From the NCBI GenBank assembly GCA_028864975.1, contig JAGWLG010000009.1, forward strand, positions 1-64,000: 64,000 bases of DNA. The letters are read 5' to 3'. The notes beneath the pieces are model-generated. The model worked only from the letters and a program-made list of their open reading frames with translations. It did not search any database and had not been told where the DNA came from. Source of the stretch: Thermoplasmata archaeon (lineage in GTDB: Archaea; Thermoplasmatota; Thermoplasmata; Lutacidiplasmatales; UBA184). How positions within the stretch are numbered: position 1 is the first letter of the stretch; every line of letters starts with the position of its first letter. Both the position numbers and the translations under genes were made by a program. This document shows positions 15,933-25,448 of the stretch, one piece after another.

Positions 15933-15959
15933 CGCAGGGGACCTCGTCCGGCCGACCGC

Positions 15960-18740
15960 CTAGGAACACCCGCTCGTGGCGCCGCACTGCGTGCAAGCGT
16001 AGCAGGTCCCCGACCGGACCATGATCCCGCCGCACATGTAGCACGAAGGAGCGTCCTCGGTGCGGTCCACCGTCTCGGACGACCCGAAGGAGTCGAGGGT
16101 CTTCGACTTGAAGTCCGCTGCCGCCGTCGTGGCGGGAGGGGCAGGGGCGGCCGCCTCGTCGTGGGTCTCGAGCCCGATCGAGCGCCGCTCCTCCACCGTG
16201 AGGAACTTGCCCGCGAGCCACCGGGCCACGTAGTCCGGTATGCTCAGCGCGAAGCGCACGTCGGGGTTGTTGGTCATCCCCGCAGGCTCGAAGCGCATGC
16301 GCGCGAGCTTGCGCACGAGGTCCTTCAGCGGCACCCCGTGCTGGAGCGCCATGCTCATCGAGATCCCCAGGGCGTCCATGAGCCCGTTGACGGTCGACCC
16401 TTCCTTGGTCACCCGGAAGAAGATCTCCCCGGGCCGGCCGAGCTCCCCTGCCTTCGCGGCCGGGTAGAGCCCGACGGTCACGTAGCCGTCGTGCTCGCCC
16501 ACCTTGAAGTGGTGCGTGATCGCATCCCGGACGTCCGGAAGGCGCTTGCGAGGCATCGCGAGGATCCCCGGAGGGGTCTCCTCCTCCCTCTTCGCCTTCC
16601 CGGTCTCGTAGGGTTGGCTCGCCTTGCACCCATCGCGGTAGACCGAGACGCACTTCGCGCCCATGCGCCACGCCTCGAGGTAGATGCGTTCGATGTCCTC
16701 GACCGTGGCCTGGTTCGGGAGGTTGATGGTCTTGGAGGCGCTCCCGGAGAGGAACGGCTGGACGGCGGTGAGCATCTTGAGGTGCCCCATGGGAGAGATC
16801 GTGCGGGTCCCTGCGCCCGATCCCAGCGCGGTGTCGAAGACCGCAAGGTGCTCGGGTCGAAGGTCCGAGCACCCCTCGATGGTTCCCTTCTCGCCGACGT
16901 AGTTCACGATGCGGGAGACCTGTTCCGGGGTGTAGCCCAGCTCCTTGAGCGCGAGCTGCGCCGTGGAGTTGACCATCTTGAGCGTTCCCCCGCCCACGAG
17001 GTTCTTCAACTTCACGAGCGCGAGCTCCGGCTCGAGTCCCAGCGTGTCGCATCCCATCAGGAGCCCGATCGTGCCGGTGGGGGCGATGACCGAGATCTGG
17101 GAGTTGCGGAAGCCGTAGAGCTCGCCCTCCTCGACACAGGCGTCCCAGGAGCGCTGGGCCTGTGCGACCAACTTCCCGATGCGGCCGGGGAGCTTCGTGA
17201 GCTTGTGGGCCGCTTCCCGATGCTTGCTCATGACCCGGAGCATCGGGGCGCGGTTCTTCTCGAACCCTGCGAAGGGTCCCATCCGTTTCGAGATCTCCGC
17301 GCTCATCCGGTACCCTTCCGCGGAGAGGATCGCGGAGATCGCCCCGGCGAGCGTTCGGGCCTCCTCCGAGTCGTAGGCGAGCCCCCAGCGCATGATGAGC
17401 GAGCCCAGGTTCGCGTAGCCCAGGCCGAGCGGGCGGAAGTCGCGGGAGTTCGCCGCGATGGGTTCGGTGGGGTAGGACGAGGCGTCGACGATGACCTCCA
17501 TCGAGAAGATGAACGTCCGGACGGCCTGGATGAACAGGTCGAGATCGAACTCCCCGTCCTCACGGAGGAACTTCATCAGGTTGAACGAGGCCAGGTTGCA
17601 GGCCGAGTCGTCCAGGAACATGTACTCGGAGCAGGGATTGGAGGCGTTGATCCGAGCCGTGTTCGGGCAGGTGTGCCAGTCGTTGATGACGTCGTCGAAC
17701 TGGACCCCGGGGTCGCCGCACCGCCAGGCGGCCTGGGCCATCTCCCGGAACAGGTCGCGGGCCTTGTAGGTCCGGGCGACCTTGGAGGGGTCGGTCACCC
17801 AGTGGGTGGCCCACACGCCGTCCTTCTCCACCCCCTGCATGAAGGTGTCCGAGAGGCGGACAGAGTGGTTCGCGTTCTGGTAGGAGATGGAGGCGTAGGC
17901 GCTGTCAGGGTCCGTCCCGTCGAAGTTGGCGCTGTAGCCCTCGCGGATCAGGGCCATCGCCTTCTCCTCTTCCTTGACCTTGCACTCGATGAACTCCTGG
18001 ACGTCGGGGTGGTCGACGTTCAGAATGACCATCTTCGCCGCGCGACGCGTCGTCCCGCCGCTCTTGATGACGCCAGCGAACGCGTCGAAGGCGCGCATGA
18101 AGGTGACCGGACCGCTCGCAAGCCCACCGCCCGAGAGGCGTTCCTTCGAGGACCGCAACATCGAGAGGTTGGAGCCGGTGCCGCTCCCGCCCTTGAAGAG
18201 CATCGCCTCGCTCCGGGCGAGGGTCATGATCGAATCCATCGAGTCCGTGGCGGACTGGATGAAGCACGCCGAGCATTGCGGGGGTTCGCGTACCCCCACG
18301 TTGAACCAGACCGGGGAATTGTGCGAGGCCATCTGGTGGATGATGAGCCAGTTCAAGTTGTCCTCGAGGACGGCCGCCTCCTCGGGGGCGTCGAAGTAGC
18401 CCAACTTCAGCCCCGCCTGGGCCATCCAGTGGCCCACGCGGCGCACCATCCCCTCGACGGAGTTCTCGCGCCTCCCCTGGATCATCCGGAAGTACTTGCT
18501 GGCGGCGATGTTGATCGCGGTCTCGCCCCAGGTCTTGGGGGCCTTGATCCCCTTCATCTCGAAGATGAGCTCGCCCGAGGGGCTCTTGATCACGGCATCG
18601 TGGGAGCGCCACTCGAGGTCGTCGAAGGGGCCCCTCCCCTTCGGCAACAGACGGCTGAGCCCGACCGGCTCTCGAAGAGCGCGGGTGCGGGAGGGCTCGG
18701 TAACGTGGGGCAACGCGGCGCGTCGGCGAGTGGTGGCCAT
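15960..18740 (-). CDS. nrdJ: Class II (B12-dependent) ribonucleotide reductase
   Basis: NSPVWFNVG, QCSACFI, SNPCSEY, IAPTGTI and a C-terminal CxxC...GATSGCS. Confidence 0.95.
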   Translation of the reverse strand: MATTRRRAALPHVTEPSRTRALREPVGLSRLLPKGRGPFDDLEWRSHDAVIKSPSGELIFEMKGIKAPKTWGETAINIAASKYFRMIQGRRENSVEGMVRRVGHWMAQAGLKLGYFDAPEEAAVLEDNLNWLIIHQMASHNSPVWFNVGVREPPQCSACFIQSATDSMDSIMTLARSEAMLFKGGSGTGSNLSMLRSSKERLSGGGLASGPVTFMRAFDAFAGVIKSGGTTRRAAKMVILNVDHPDVQEFIECKVKEEEKAMALIREGYSANFDGTDPDSAYASISYQNANHSVRLSDTFMQGVEKDGVWATHWVTDPSKVARTYKARDLFREMAQAAWRCGDPGVQFDDVINDWHTCPNTARINASNPCSEYMFLDDSACNLASFNLMKFLREDGEFDLDLFIQAVRTFIFSMEVIVDASSYPTEPIAANSRDFRPLGLGYANLGSLIMRWGLAYDSEEARTLAGAISAILSAEGYRMSAEISKRMGPFAGFEKNRAPMLRVMSKHREAAHKLTKLPGRIGKLVAQAQRSWDACVEEGELYGFRNSQISVIAPTGTIGLLMGCDTLGLEPELALVKLKNLVGGGTLKMVNSTAQLALKELGYTPEQVSRIVNYVGEKGTIEGCSDLRPEHLAVFDTALGSGAGTRTISPMGHLKMLTAVQPFLSGSASKTINLPNQATVEDIERIYLEAWRMGAKCVSVYRDGCKASQPYETGKAKREEETPPGILAMPRKRLPDVRDAITHHFKVGEHDGYVTVGLYPAAKAGELGRPGEIFFRVTKEGSTVNGLMDALGISMSMALQHGVPLKDLVRKLARMRFEPAGMTNNPDVRFALSIPDYVARWLAGKFLTVEERRSIGLETHDEAAAPAPPATTAAADFKSKTLDSFGSSETVDRTEDAPSCYMCGGIMVRSGTCYACTQCGATSGCS

Positions 18741-19089
18741 GCTTCTACCTCCAGATTCTCGGTGGGACAAACCCAAACTTGGTGAGATAGGGACCCCGCA
18801 AGGCAGGTGACAAATAAAGGGGTCGTACCCGTCGAGCGAGCACGTGCCTTGCGCGGCGCGGCTGCGACGCCGGAAGCGCCGCGAGCGAGGACCGGCCTCG
18901 ATGGTCCTCGTTCCCGGGTCCCCTCAAACCAAGTTGCAGTAACTACTGGGATTCTGGGTGATAAAGGGTGGTACCGTGCTCGTGTCCGGAACAACGCCAC
19001 GGCTTTCCGGTGTAATGCGCGCGTCGCGCGACTCCTCGGAAGGCTCCTGCGGAGGATTCAAGGATGCTCGAACGCGTCCCTTTGAGCGG

Positions 19090-19467
19090 ATGCTAAAGCT
19101 TCCGTCCCGCCGCCTCCTCGCGCTCTCGGTCCTGTTGGTCGTGACCGGTGCCGCGCTCATCCTCCTCGATACTATCGGGACCTTCAACACCCCCCAGACG
19201 GTTCCCGACTACCCTGGACATCCTCTCTACACCGATCCGGTCACCTGGCCAGGGTTCGTCGGGACCGCCCTCGCTGTCGCGGGTCTCGCGATGCTCGCGG
19301 CGGGGTTCGCCGGAACGAGGCCCGCCCGTCGGGGCGCCGAGCCGAAGCCGGTCTCGAGACCCTCGTACCGGCAGAACGAGGCGGACCATGTCCCCGAGGA
19401 GAAGATCGGAGGGCCCGAGGGGGACGGCGGTCCCTCCTCTCGCAAGCAGGACGCCGTCCTTCGGTGA
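19090..19467 (+). CDS. Small membrane protein (two hydrophobic segments)
   Basis: LLALSVLLVVTGAALILL and FVGTALAVAGLAMLAAGF. Confidence 0.55.
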   Translation: MLKLPSRRLLALSVLLVVTGAALILLDTIGTFNTPQTVPDYPGHPLYTDPVTWPGFVGTALAVAGLAMLAAGFAGTRPARRGAEPKPVSRPSYRQNEADHVPEEKIGGPEGDGGPSSRKQDAVLR

Positions 19468-19548
19468 CCGAGTCCCACTTTCTCGAGCAAGAAGATGAGC
19501 TCCCCCGGGGGAAGACCCCCCGGGGGAGCGGCGTTGGGTCGAAGGAGT

Positions 19549-19764
19549 TCAGGCGTTCTTCATCTTGGCGCGAGCCACGTACCCCTTCTTGTCGAGGAAG
19601 TACATGTAGCCGTCCTCGCGCTGGATCTTCTCGGACCCAACCTTCGCCTTGCGGCCGGACTTGTTGAGCTTCGTCGGCGTCTTCCAGATGTAGCCGTCCT
19701 TTCCGAGGTAGTACAGGTAGCCCTTCTCTCGCTTGATCTGCTCTTTGCCGATTCGTTCTGCCAT
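19549..19764 (-). CDS. Small Lys-rich protein with internal duplication (71 aa)
   Basis: GKEQIKREKGYLYYLGKDGYI and GSEKIQREDGYMYFLDKKGYV; strongly biased codons. Confidence 0.85.
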   Translation of the reverse strand: MAERIGKEQIKREKGYLYYLGKDGYIWKTPTKLNKSGRKAKVGSEKIQREDGYMYFLDKKGYVARAKMKNA

Positions 19765-19780
19765 TTGGGTTGCCCCCGTT

Positions 19781-19836
19781 TCGAGGGAGAAAGCCCCGGT
19801 ATATCAATTTCTCCCTCGAGTTCTCGAGGGAGAAAT
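19781..19836. promoter_or_regulatory. Triple TCGAGGGAGAAA motif: perfect 14-bp inverted repeat plus a third copy flanking a TATA-like box
   Basis: atttctccctcgag-tt-ctcgagggagaaat at 19807-19836, tcgagggagaaa at 19781-19792, and TTGATATA between them on the minus strand. Confidence 0.6.
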
Positions 19837-19942
19837 CGCCCTTCGTCAGCGAGAACCGTAGGCCGAGGGGGTGCGGTCTTCCTCGAGAAAACCGAGGAAC
19901 TCCGACGGGAACCGGCCCTCCCGATGTCCGTTCTCGAAGCGC

Positions 19943-21226
19943 TCAGGCGCGAAGTACGTCCTTCCCACCGAGGAACACGGCTTTCGGAGGATACGTACCC
20001 CACCGGTAGGCCAGGTGTTCTGCCCCGGGTAGGTCGAAGACCACGATATCTGCCCATCGTCCGGGGACGAGCTCCCCCGCCGTCCCTCCCATCCCGCTGG
20101 CGTACGCGGCATTCACCGTGGCCGCCACGAGGGCCTCGGAGGGGGTGAGCCGAGCGCTGTGAACGGCGTGGCCCAACACCATCGGCATCGACTCCACCCA
20201 CGAGTTCGGCGAAAGGTCGGTCCCGAGGGCCACGGCCACCCCCGCGTCCACCATCTCTCGTCCTGGCGAGCGAGAGCCCGCGAGCGAGGCCATCGGGGTG
20301 ACCGGCAGCAGCACCGCTACGACGCGGGCCCGTGCGAGGGCCGCGCGCGTCCGAGCGGGGGTTTCAAGGAGATGGTCGGCAGAGACCGCCGAGAGACGCG
20401 CGGCCACTTCCGCTCCCCCGGTCACGGAGAACTCATCGGCGTGGATCTTCGGAAGCATCCCCCGGCTCATTCCGGCGCGCAGCACCTTCTCGCTCTCGGA
20501 GGCGGAGAAGAAACCCTCCTCGCAGAACACGTCGCAGAACATCGCGAGATTCTCGCGTGAGACCGCGGGGATCATCCGGTCGTTGAGGGTGCGAAGGTAG
20601 CCCCGATGGTCGCCTCGGGCCTCAGGGGGGAAGGCGTGACCGCCGAGGAAGGTCGGGATGAGGTTCATCCCTGTGGCGTTGGAGAGTCGCGGGACGAGCC
20701 GCAGGAGCTTGAGCTCCCCCTCGAGGGTCAGGCAGTAGCCGCTCTTGACCTCGGCGGAAGTGGTCCCCCAGTTCCGCATCCGCTCGAGCCGGCTCCGGGC
20801 CTGCTCGAAGAGGGTCCGGGGGGAGGCCTCCCGCGTCTCTCGAACGGTGCGGAAGAGCCCCCCGCCCTTTCGGGCGATCTCGAGATAGCTCTCGCCCCGG
20901 ACCTTCCGTCCGACCTCCCCCTCCCGGCTCCCCGCGAAGAGCACGTGCGTGTGGGCGTCAACGAAGCCGGGAAGCGCGATCCCCCCGGGGAAGGAGCGGC
21001 GCCGCACCCCGTGCGACGGGCGGACGGACCGTCGGAGCTTGCGCTCGGGCCCGACCCAGACGATTCGTCCCCGCTGGCAGGCGATGGCGCCATCCTCGAT
21101 GATCGCGAGCTCTCCCTGAGCGGGTCCGGTTCGAGGGCCGAGCGGCCCGGCCATCGTGGCGACCTCGGAGAAACCGGTGAGCAGAAGATCGGGGCGTGGC
21201 GTGGTGGAGGGCTCCGTCCCGGCCAT
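19943..21226 (-). CDS. hutI: Imidazolonepropionase
   Basis: PGFVDAHTH, GTTSAEVKSGY, DVFCEEG, KIHADE, SADHL and LGTDLSP. Confidence 0.95.
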   Translation of the reverse strand: MAGTEPSTTPRPDLLLTGFSEVATMAGPLGPRTGPAQGELAIIEDGAIACQRGRIVWVGPERKLRRSVRPSHGVRRRSFPGGIALPGFVDAHTHVLFAGSREGEVGRKVRGESYLEIARKGGGLFRTVRETREASPRTLFEQARSRLERMRNWGTTSAEVKSGYCLTLEGELKLLRLVPRLSNATGMNLIPTFLGGHAFPPEARGDHRGYLRTLNDRMIPAVSRENLAMFCDVFCEEGFFSASESEKVLRAGMSRGMLPKIHADEFSVTGGAEVAARLSAVSADHLLETPARTRAALARARVVAVLLPVTPMASLAGSRSPGREMVDAGVAVALGTDLSPNSWVESMPMVLGHAVHSARLTPSEALVAATVNAAYASGMGGTAGELVPGRWADIVVFDLPGAEHLAYRWGTYPPKAVFLGGKDVLRA

Positions 21227-21235
21227 CCCGACGCC

Positions 21236-22141
21236 TCAGCGCTGACGGACGAGCTCCGAGAGGAGATCGCGCGCGGCACGGGCCCCTGCGAAGGAGGCAC
21301 GGGCCTCCTCCTCGAGCGGGGACGGGTCCGGGTACCGCGCCGAGAAGTGCGTCAGGAACAAGGTACCCACCTGGGCCTCGACCGCCACGCCCGCGGCCTG
21401 TCGGGCTGTCGAGTGCCCCCAGTCGTTCATGTCCTTCTCGAGCTCCTTCGCTGCCGTCGACTCGTGGATCAGGATGTCCGCCCCCTTGGCCAGACGGACG
21501 ATGTCCCCCTCGGGCGCACTGTCGCCAGAGTAGACGACGGAGCGACCCGCCCGGGCCGGGCCCATCACCATCTGGGGCGTGACGACGCTCCCATTTGCGA
21601 CGGTCACGTTCTCCCCGGCCTCCAGGCGGGCGAAGTCCCGCCCCCGGATCCCCATCCCGCGGGCCTTCTCCCCGTCGAAACGCCCGCGTTTCATCTTCTC
21701 CTCGACCCGGACGGCGATCGTGGGCACGCTGTGCTTGGCCCGAGCGGTCCGCACCGTGTAGGTGTTGAGGTCGACCTCGTCGCCCGGGGCGAGCTCGTGG
21801 GCGCTCACCTGGAACTTGAGGGTGAAGTGCCCAAGGTTGAGCATCATGTCGACGAACTTCCTCGTCTCCCGAGGGCCGTAGATGTCGAGGGGCTCCGTCC
21901 GGTTGTTGAGGCACATGCTCTGGATGAGCCCTGGCACACCGAGGAAGTGGTCGCCATGGAAGTGGGAAAGGAAGATCCGTCGGACGCGCATGAAGGAGAC
22001 CGGGCTCTGGAAGAACTGCCGTTGGGTCCCTTCCCCACAGTCCAGGAGAACGACCTCCTGCTCCATATCGAGCGCGATGGCGCTCGCGCTGCGTTCTCGG
22101 GTGGGCCAAGAGCCTGCGGTCCCTAGGAAGGTCAGCTGCAC
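21236..22141 (-). CDS. rnz: Ribonuclease Z
   Basis: FLGTAGSWPT, LDCGEGTQ, SHFHGDH, YSGDS, LIHEST and THFSARY. Confidence 0.95.
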   Translation of the reverse strand: MQLTFLGTAGSWPTRERSASAIALDMEQEVVLLDCGEGTQRQFFQSPVSFMRVRRIFLSHFHGDHFLGVPGLIQSMCLNNRTEPLDIYGPRETRKFVDMMLNLGHFTLKFQVSAHELAPGDEVDLNTYTVRTARAKHSVPTIAVRVEEKMKRGRFDGEKARGMGIRGRDFARLEAGENVTVANGSVVTPQMVMGPARAGRSVVYSGDSAPEGDIVRLAKGADILIHESTAAKELEKDMNDWGHSTARQAAGVAVEAQVGTLFLTHFSARYPDPSPLEEEARASFAGARAARDLLSELVRQR

Positions 22142-22255
22142 GGCCGTTCGGTCTCACGTGACTCGATAGATAATGACCGCGGGGCCGTCCCTTCCAGAGT
22201 CGCCGCGCTCAGGAAGGTCTGGCCGCTAGGTCACCAGGGTCGCACCTTCGACAAG

Positions 22256-22552
22256 GTGCTGGTCCTGCTGAGCACGAACCGGATCCGACAGGTCGTGGAC
22301 GAAGGTGAGCGGCCCTTCGGTCGAAAGCCTGGCTTCTTGCAAGAGGCGTTGTGCCTGGCCCTGGGGCCCCGGGGGTTCCTCTATCGACACTTCCCTGACC
22401 TCGGTTGCTCCCCTGAAGAGCATCGGGCGTTCCGCGAAGAGGGTGGCGCGGACTCCTTCCGTGACTCTTACACCGAGCACCTTGCGGACTCCGACCCCTC
22501 CTACCGCGACTGGGTGCGCGGAGCCACCGCGGCTACCTCGGTCTTGCTCTGA
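22256..22552 (+). CDS. Hypothetical protein
   Basis: ORF fills the gap between rnz and the DUF169 gene; start uncertain; no motif recognised. Confidence 0.35.
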   Translation: MLVLLSTNRIRQVVDEGERPFGRKPGFLQEALCLALGPRGFLYRHFPDLGCSPEEHRAFREEGGADSFRDSYTEHLADSDPSYRDWVRGATAATSVLL

Positions 22553-22637
22553 CTCGAGCGACGCACGGCGAAGCTCAGCCGCTTCACCTTGAAAGAAAGG
22601 CTCGAACGTGAGGGGCCGACCGTCGTGAATCTGTGGC

Positions 22638-23369
22638 CTAGATCTTGCCGGGGAGGGCGCCCGAAGCAGCTTCCGCCTTGCGGTGCGCCATCTCCGCCGA
22701 GACCATCTCGTTGGCCGAGCGGAGCTTGTGCACGCCCGCCGCGAAATCCTCGAGGTGACCCCCCCGTACGGCGATCAGGACCTTGTCCTTGCCCACCTCG
22801 GTGTACTGCCGGAACCCTGCGCATCCCAGGCTCATCGCCACCGGGGCCTTCCCCTGGAGCACGATCGGGATCACGGAGCAGGCGGGCCGTCCTGTGACCG
22901 GAACATCGAACGGGTGCGCATGCCCCGGGCTCGCCGCCTCGAGGGCGACCATCGCATTGGCGGGGTTCGGGAAGAGCACGGCCACCGTCGGGGTCTGGAC
23001 GGCTTCGGCGAGGGGCCCGTAGTGAACGAACCGGGGCGCCTTGGCGTGGTGAGGGATTCCCGAGGCCTCGCCCTTGCCCACGTAGTCGATCTTCTCGAAC
23101 ATCCCGATGGTCCCCATCAGGCGCTTCCCTACGTCCCCTTCGGGGGGGATTCCCAGGACGAAGGCCCCGATCTCGCAGCCCTCATGCTCGGAGAGAGGGG
23201 CGAAGAACGACCCTTGGCGGGCTTCGGCCCAAAAGGTGCACGCGGAGGGAGCCCCTCCAAGATGCTCCCTCGCCCCCGCGGGGGCATGCTCAAGGTAGGA
23301 GAGGTGGACCGGTGGGCTGTCGAGCTCGAGGTCGCGAGTCAGTTCCTTCGAGATGCGAGGGAAGTTCAT
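22638..23369 (-). CDS. DUF169 family protein
   Basis: SACTFWAEAR, CEIG, GRPACS and SLGCAGFR Cys pattern. Confidence 0.8.
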   Translation of the reverse strand: MNFPRISKELTRDLELDSPPVHLSYLEHAPAGAREHLGGAPSACTFWAEARQGSFFAPLSEHEGCEIGAFVLGIPPEGDVGKRLMGTIGMFEKIDYVGKGEASGIPHHAKAPRFVHYGPLAEAVQTPTVAVLFPNPANAMVALEAASPGHAHPFDVPVTGRPACSVIPIVLQGKAPVAMSLGCAGFRQYTEVGKDKVLIAVRGGHLEDFAAGVHKLRSANEMVSAEMAHRKAEAASGALPGKI

Positions 23370-23552
23370 GGCCACACCGGTACGGGGCACCATGCGCGGG
23401 CGTCATGAAGGTTTCCAAAAGGAAACTCTTGAGTCGACCAGCAGTTTCAACTCCCGAGAGTGGGGTGGCCCGACCGAGGAGGGAGGATCGTGCGCAAGGG
23501 GCCGCTTCCCCCACGGCGAGGACAGGACTCCCGCCGACGGGAGGTTTCCTGC

Positions 23553-23951
23553 ATGATCCGCGAGGGAGGTCGGGTCCACTGCATCGACCCGGCGAGCGGG
23601 GTCCTGGACCTCCTCGGCAAGCGGTGGGGACTTCCTTTGGTCGTGGTCTTGGGCAACCGCCCCACGAGCCGGTTCCACGAGCTGGAAGCCTCCATCCCGG
23701 GTATCGGGCGCAAGCTCCTCGCTCAACGCCTGAAGGAGCTGGCCGCCGAGGGGATCGCCCTTCGCCGGGTCCATCCTCAGTTCCCGCTGCGGGTGAGCTA
23801 TCGGCTGACGCCACGAGGGAAGGCGTTGCGCTCGGCGCTCCTTCCCCTCCTCGATTGGGCGAGCGCGGGGGAGGGAGAGGGGGAGAGCTCTGCCGCCGGG
23901 CTCAAGCCCCGATCGCCTGGCCCCCGTCGACCCGAAGGACCACTCCGGTGA
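23553..23951 (+). CDS. HxlR-family winged-helix transcriptional regulator
   Basis: LDLLGKRW, RFHELEASIPGI...LAQRLKEL and RVSYRLTPRG. Confidence 0.9.
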   Translation: MIREGGRVHCIDPASGVLDLLGKRWGLPLVVVLGNRPTSRFHELEASIPGIGRKLLAQRLKELAAEGIALRRVHPQFPLRVSYRLTPRGKALRSALLPLLDWASAGEGEGESSAAGLKPRSPGPRRPEGPLR

Positions 23952-24678
23952 TGTGGCCGGCCTCCGGGGAAAGCAGGTAGCGGACCGACCGAGCGATGTC
24001 CTCCGGCTCGCACACCGTCCCCATCGGGCTCTCGGCCTTGCAGGCCTCTTCGAGGGTCTCGCCGTACTGGGCGGTCATCGGCGTGCGGACGAACCCGGGG
24101 GCGATCGCGTTCACCGTGATCCCGAACCGCCCGAGCTCCTTGGCGGCGGTCTGAACGAGGGCGACGACCCCGGCCTTGCTCGCCGCGTAGTTCGCCTGTC
24201 CGAAGCCACCGCGCAATCCGACGATGGAGGCGATGGCCACCATCCGCCCTCCGAGCCCCTTGGGTTCCTTCATCCGCAGCGCCGCCGCGCGCATCGCGTA
24301 GAACGTTCCGGAGAGGTTCACGTCCAGCACCGAGCGCCAGTCGTCGTCGGTGAGCTTCAGCAGGGTCTTGTCGCGGACGATGCCCGCGCACGTGACCACG
24401 CCCCAGGGGGGGCCCAGCTCTTTCGTCGCCCGGTCCACCGCCCGATCGACGGCCGGGGGGTCCGCGACGCTGACCTCCTGAGCGAGCACCTTCGCCCCGT
24501 CTGCTCCTTGTCGAAGATGGGTGAGCGCCGCCGCATCCCTATCGAGGACGGCCACGGCCGCTCCCTCCGACAGGAGGAGCCGTGTCACCGCGAGCCCGAT
24601 CCCGCTCGCCCCGCCGGTGACGATGATGCACCGCCCGGAGGGCAGCGGTTGGGAAGGTGAGGAGGTCGTCGCGGTCAC
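23902..24678 (-). CDS. fabG: 3-oxoacyl-ACP reductase-like SDR
   Basis: TGGASGIG, VNLSG, NYAASKAG and NAIAPGFVRT. Confidence 0.8.
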   Translation of the reverse strand: MTATTSSPSQPLPSGRCIIVTGGASGIGLAVTRLLLSEGAAVAVLDRDAAALTHLRQGADGAKVLAQEVSVADPPAVDRAVDRATKELGPPWGVVTCAGIVRDKTLLKLTDDDWRSVLDVNLSGTFYAMRAAALRMKEPKGLGGRMVAIASIVGLRGGFGQANYAASKAGVVALVQTAAKELGRFGITVNAIAPGFVRTPMTAQYGETLEEACKAESPMGTVCEPEDIARSVRYLLSPEAGHITGVVLRVDGGQAIGA

Positions 24679-25382
24679 CCCCCCGCCGAGGGCTTCGGGG
24701 CTCGGGTCGGCTCCGCGGTCAACTTACGTGAGGCCATCCGCTCCCGAAAGCGGACCGTGAGGAGGCGAATGGCCTCCTGCGGCGACGACGGATTGTTCTT
24801 CGGGTCGTAGACCTTCTCTCCCGCGCGGACGGCAGCCCTGAGGTCGTTCTCGACGGGGGGGAACGGGCACTCGTATCCGGAGGTGTACGCGCAATAGGGA
24901 TTGAACGCCTGGTTGAAGTCGAGCTCGTAGGAAGGTCCCTCCTGCAGCTCGAGGTTGAGGTAGCGCCCAGGTCCGTAGGTCTCCTTCCCGCTCGTCAGGT
25001 CTCGGAACGGGAGGAAGGCCACGTTCCCCGCCTGAGGTCCCGCGTGGAACAGCAAGAGGGCGTGGGACTTTCCTCCGCGTTGGAACGAGAGCTCGCCCAG
25101 CCGTCGCATGGAAGCATGCCCGTCCTGGCTGGTCCGCAGCCAGACCTCTTCCGAGCCAGGCGACTCCCGGAACCGTGCCGAGACCCGCCAGGTCGGGTCG
25201 ATCGGGAAGTACTTCAGCCCCTGGAAGGACAGGCTCGCCTCGGAGAACGGACTTTCCGGTTGGGTCGCCATGAACCGGTCCTTGAGCTCTCTCCCCTTCC
25301 CGACCTCCTGGAGATAGGCCGCGTTGGGGTCCTTGGAGGGCTTCGCACGTCGGGAAGGTGCTTGCGAGTTCCGAGAGGGCAT
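24675..25382 (-). CDS. DUF1684 domain protein
   Basis: PFRDLTSGKETYGPGRYL and LDFNQAFNPYCAY...CP. Confidence 0.9.
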   Translation of the reverse strand: MPSRNSQAPSRRAKPSKDPNAAYLQEVGKGRELKDRFMATQPESPFSEASLSFQGLKYFPIDPTWRVSARFRESPGSEEVWLRTSQDGHASMRRLGELSFQRGGKSHALLLFHAGPQAGNVAFLPFRDLTSGKETYGPGRYLNLELQEGPSYELDFNQAFNPYCAYTSGYECPFPPVENDLRAAVRAGEKVYDPKNNPSSPQEAIRLLTVRFRERMASRKLTAEPTRAPKPSAGG

Positions 25383-25448
25383 GATGAGTTCCTGTTCCCT
25401 CGCATCGGCAAGGGGCCATAAGCCCGCGCCAGGACGGCCATCCTTGTT

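Noticed and set aside
16161-18785. Long antisense or alternative-frame ORFs (also 12277-13812, 20606-22126, 40648-42234, 48382-50235 and others)
   Set aside because: These are shadow ORFs of real genes caused by high GC and stop-codon scarcity; they have no recognisable motifs
18741-18960. Cobalamin riboswitch upstream of nrdJ
   Set aside because: Only a short ACCTGCC resemblance is present; the conserved GGGAA, CCCGCAACTGT and GCCACTG elements were not found
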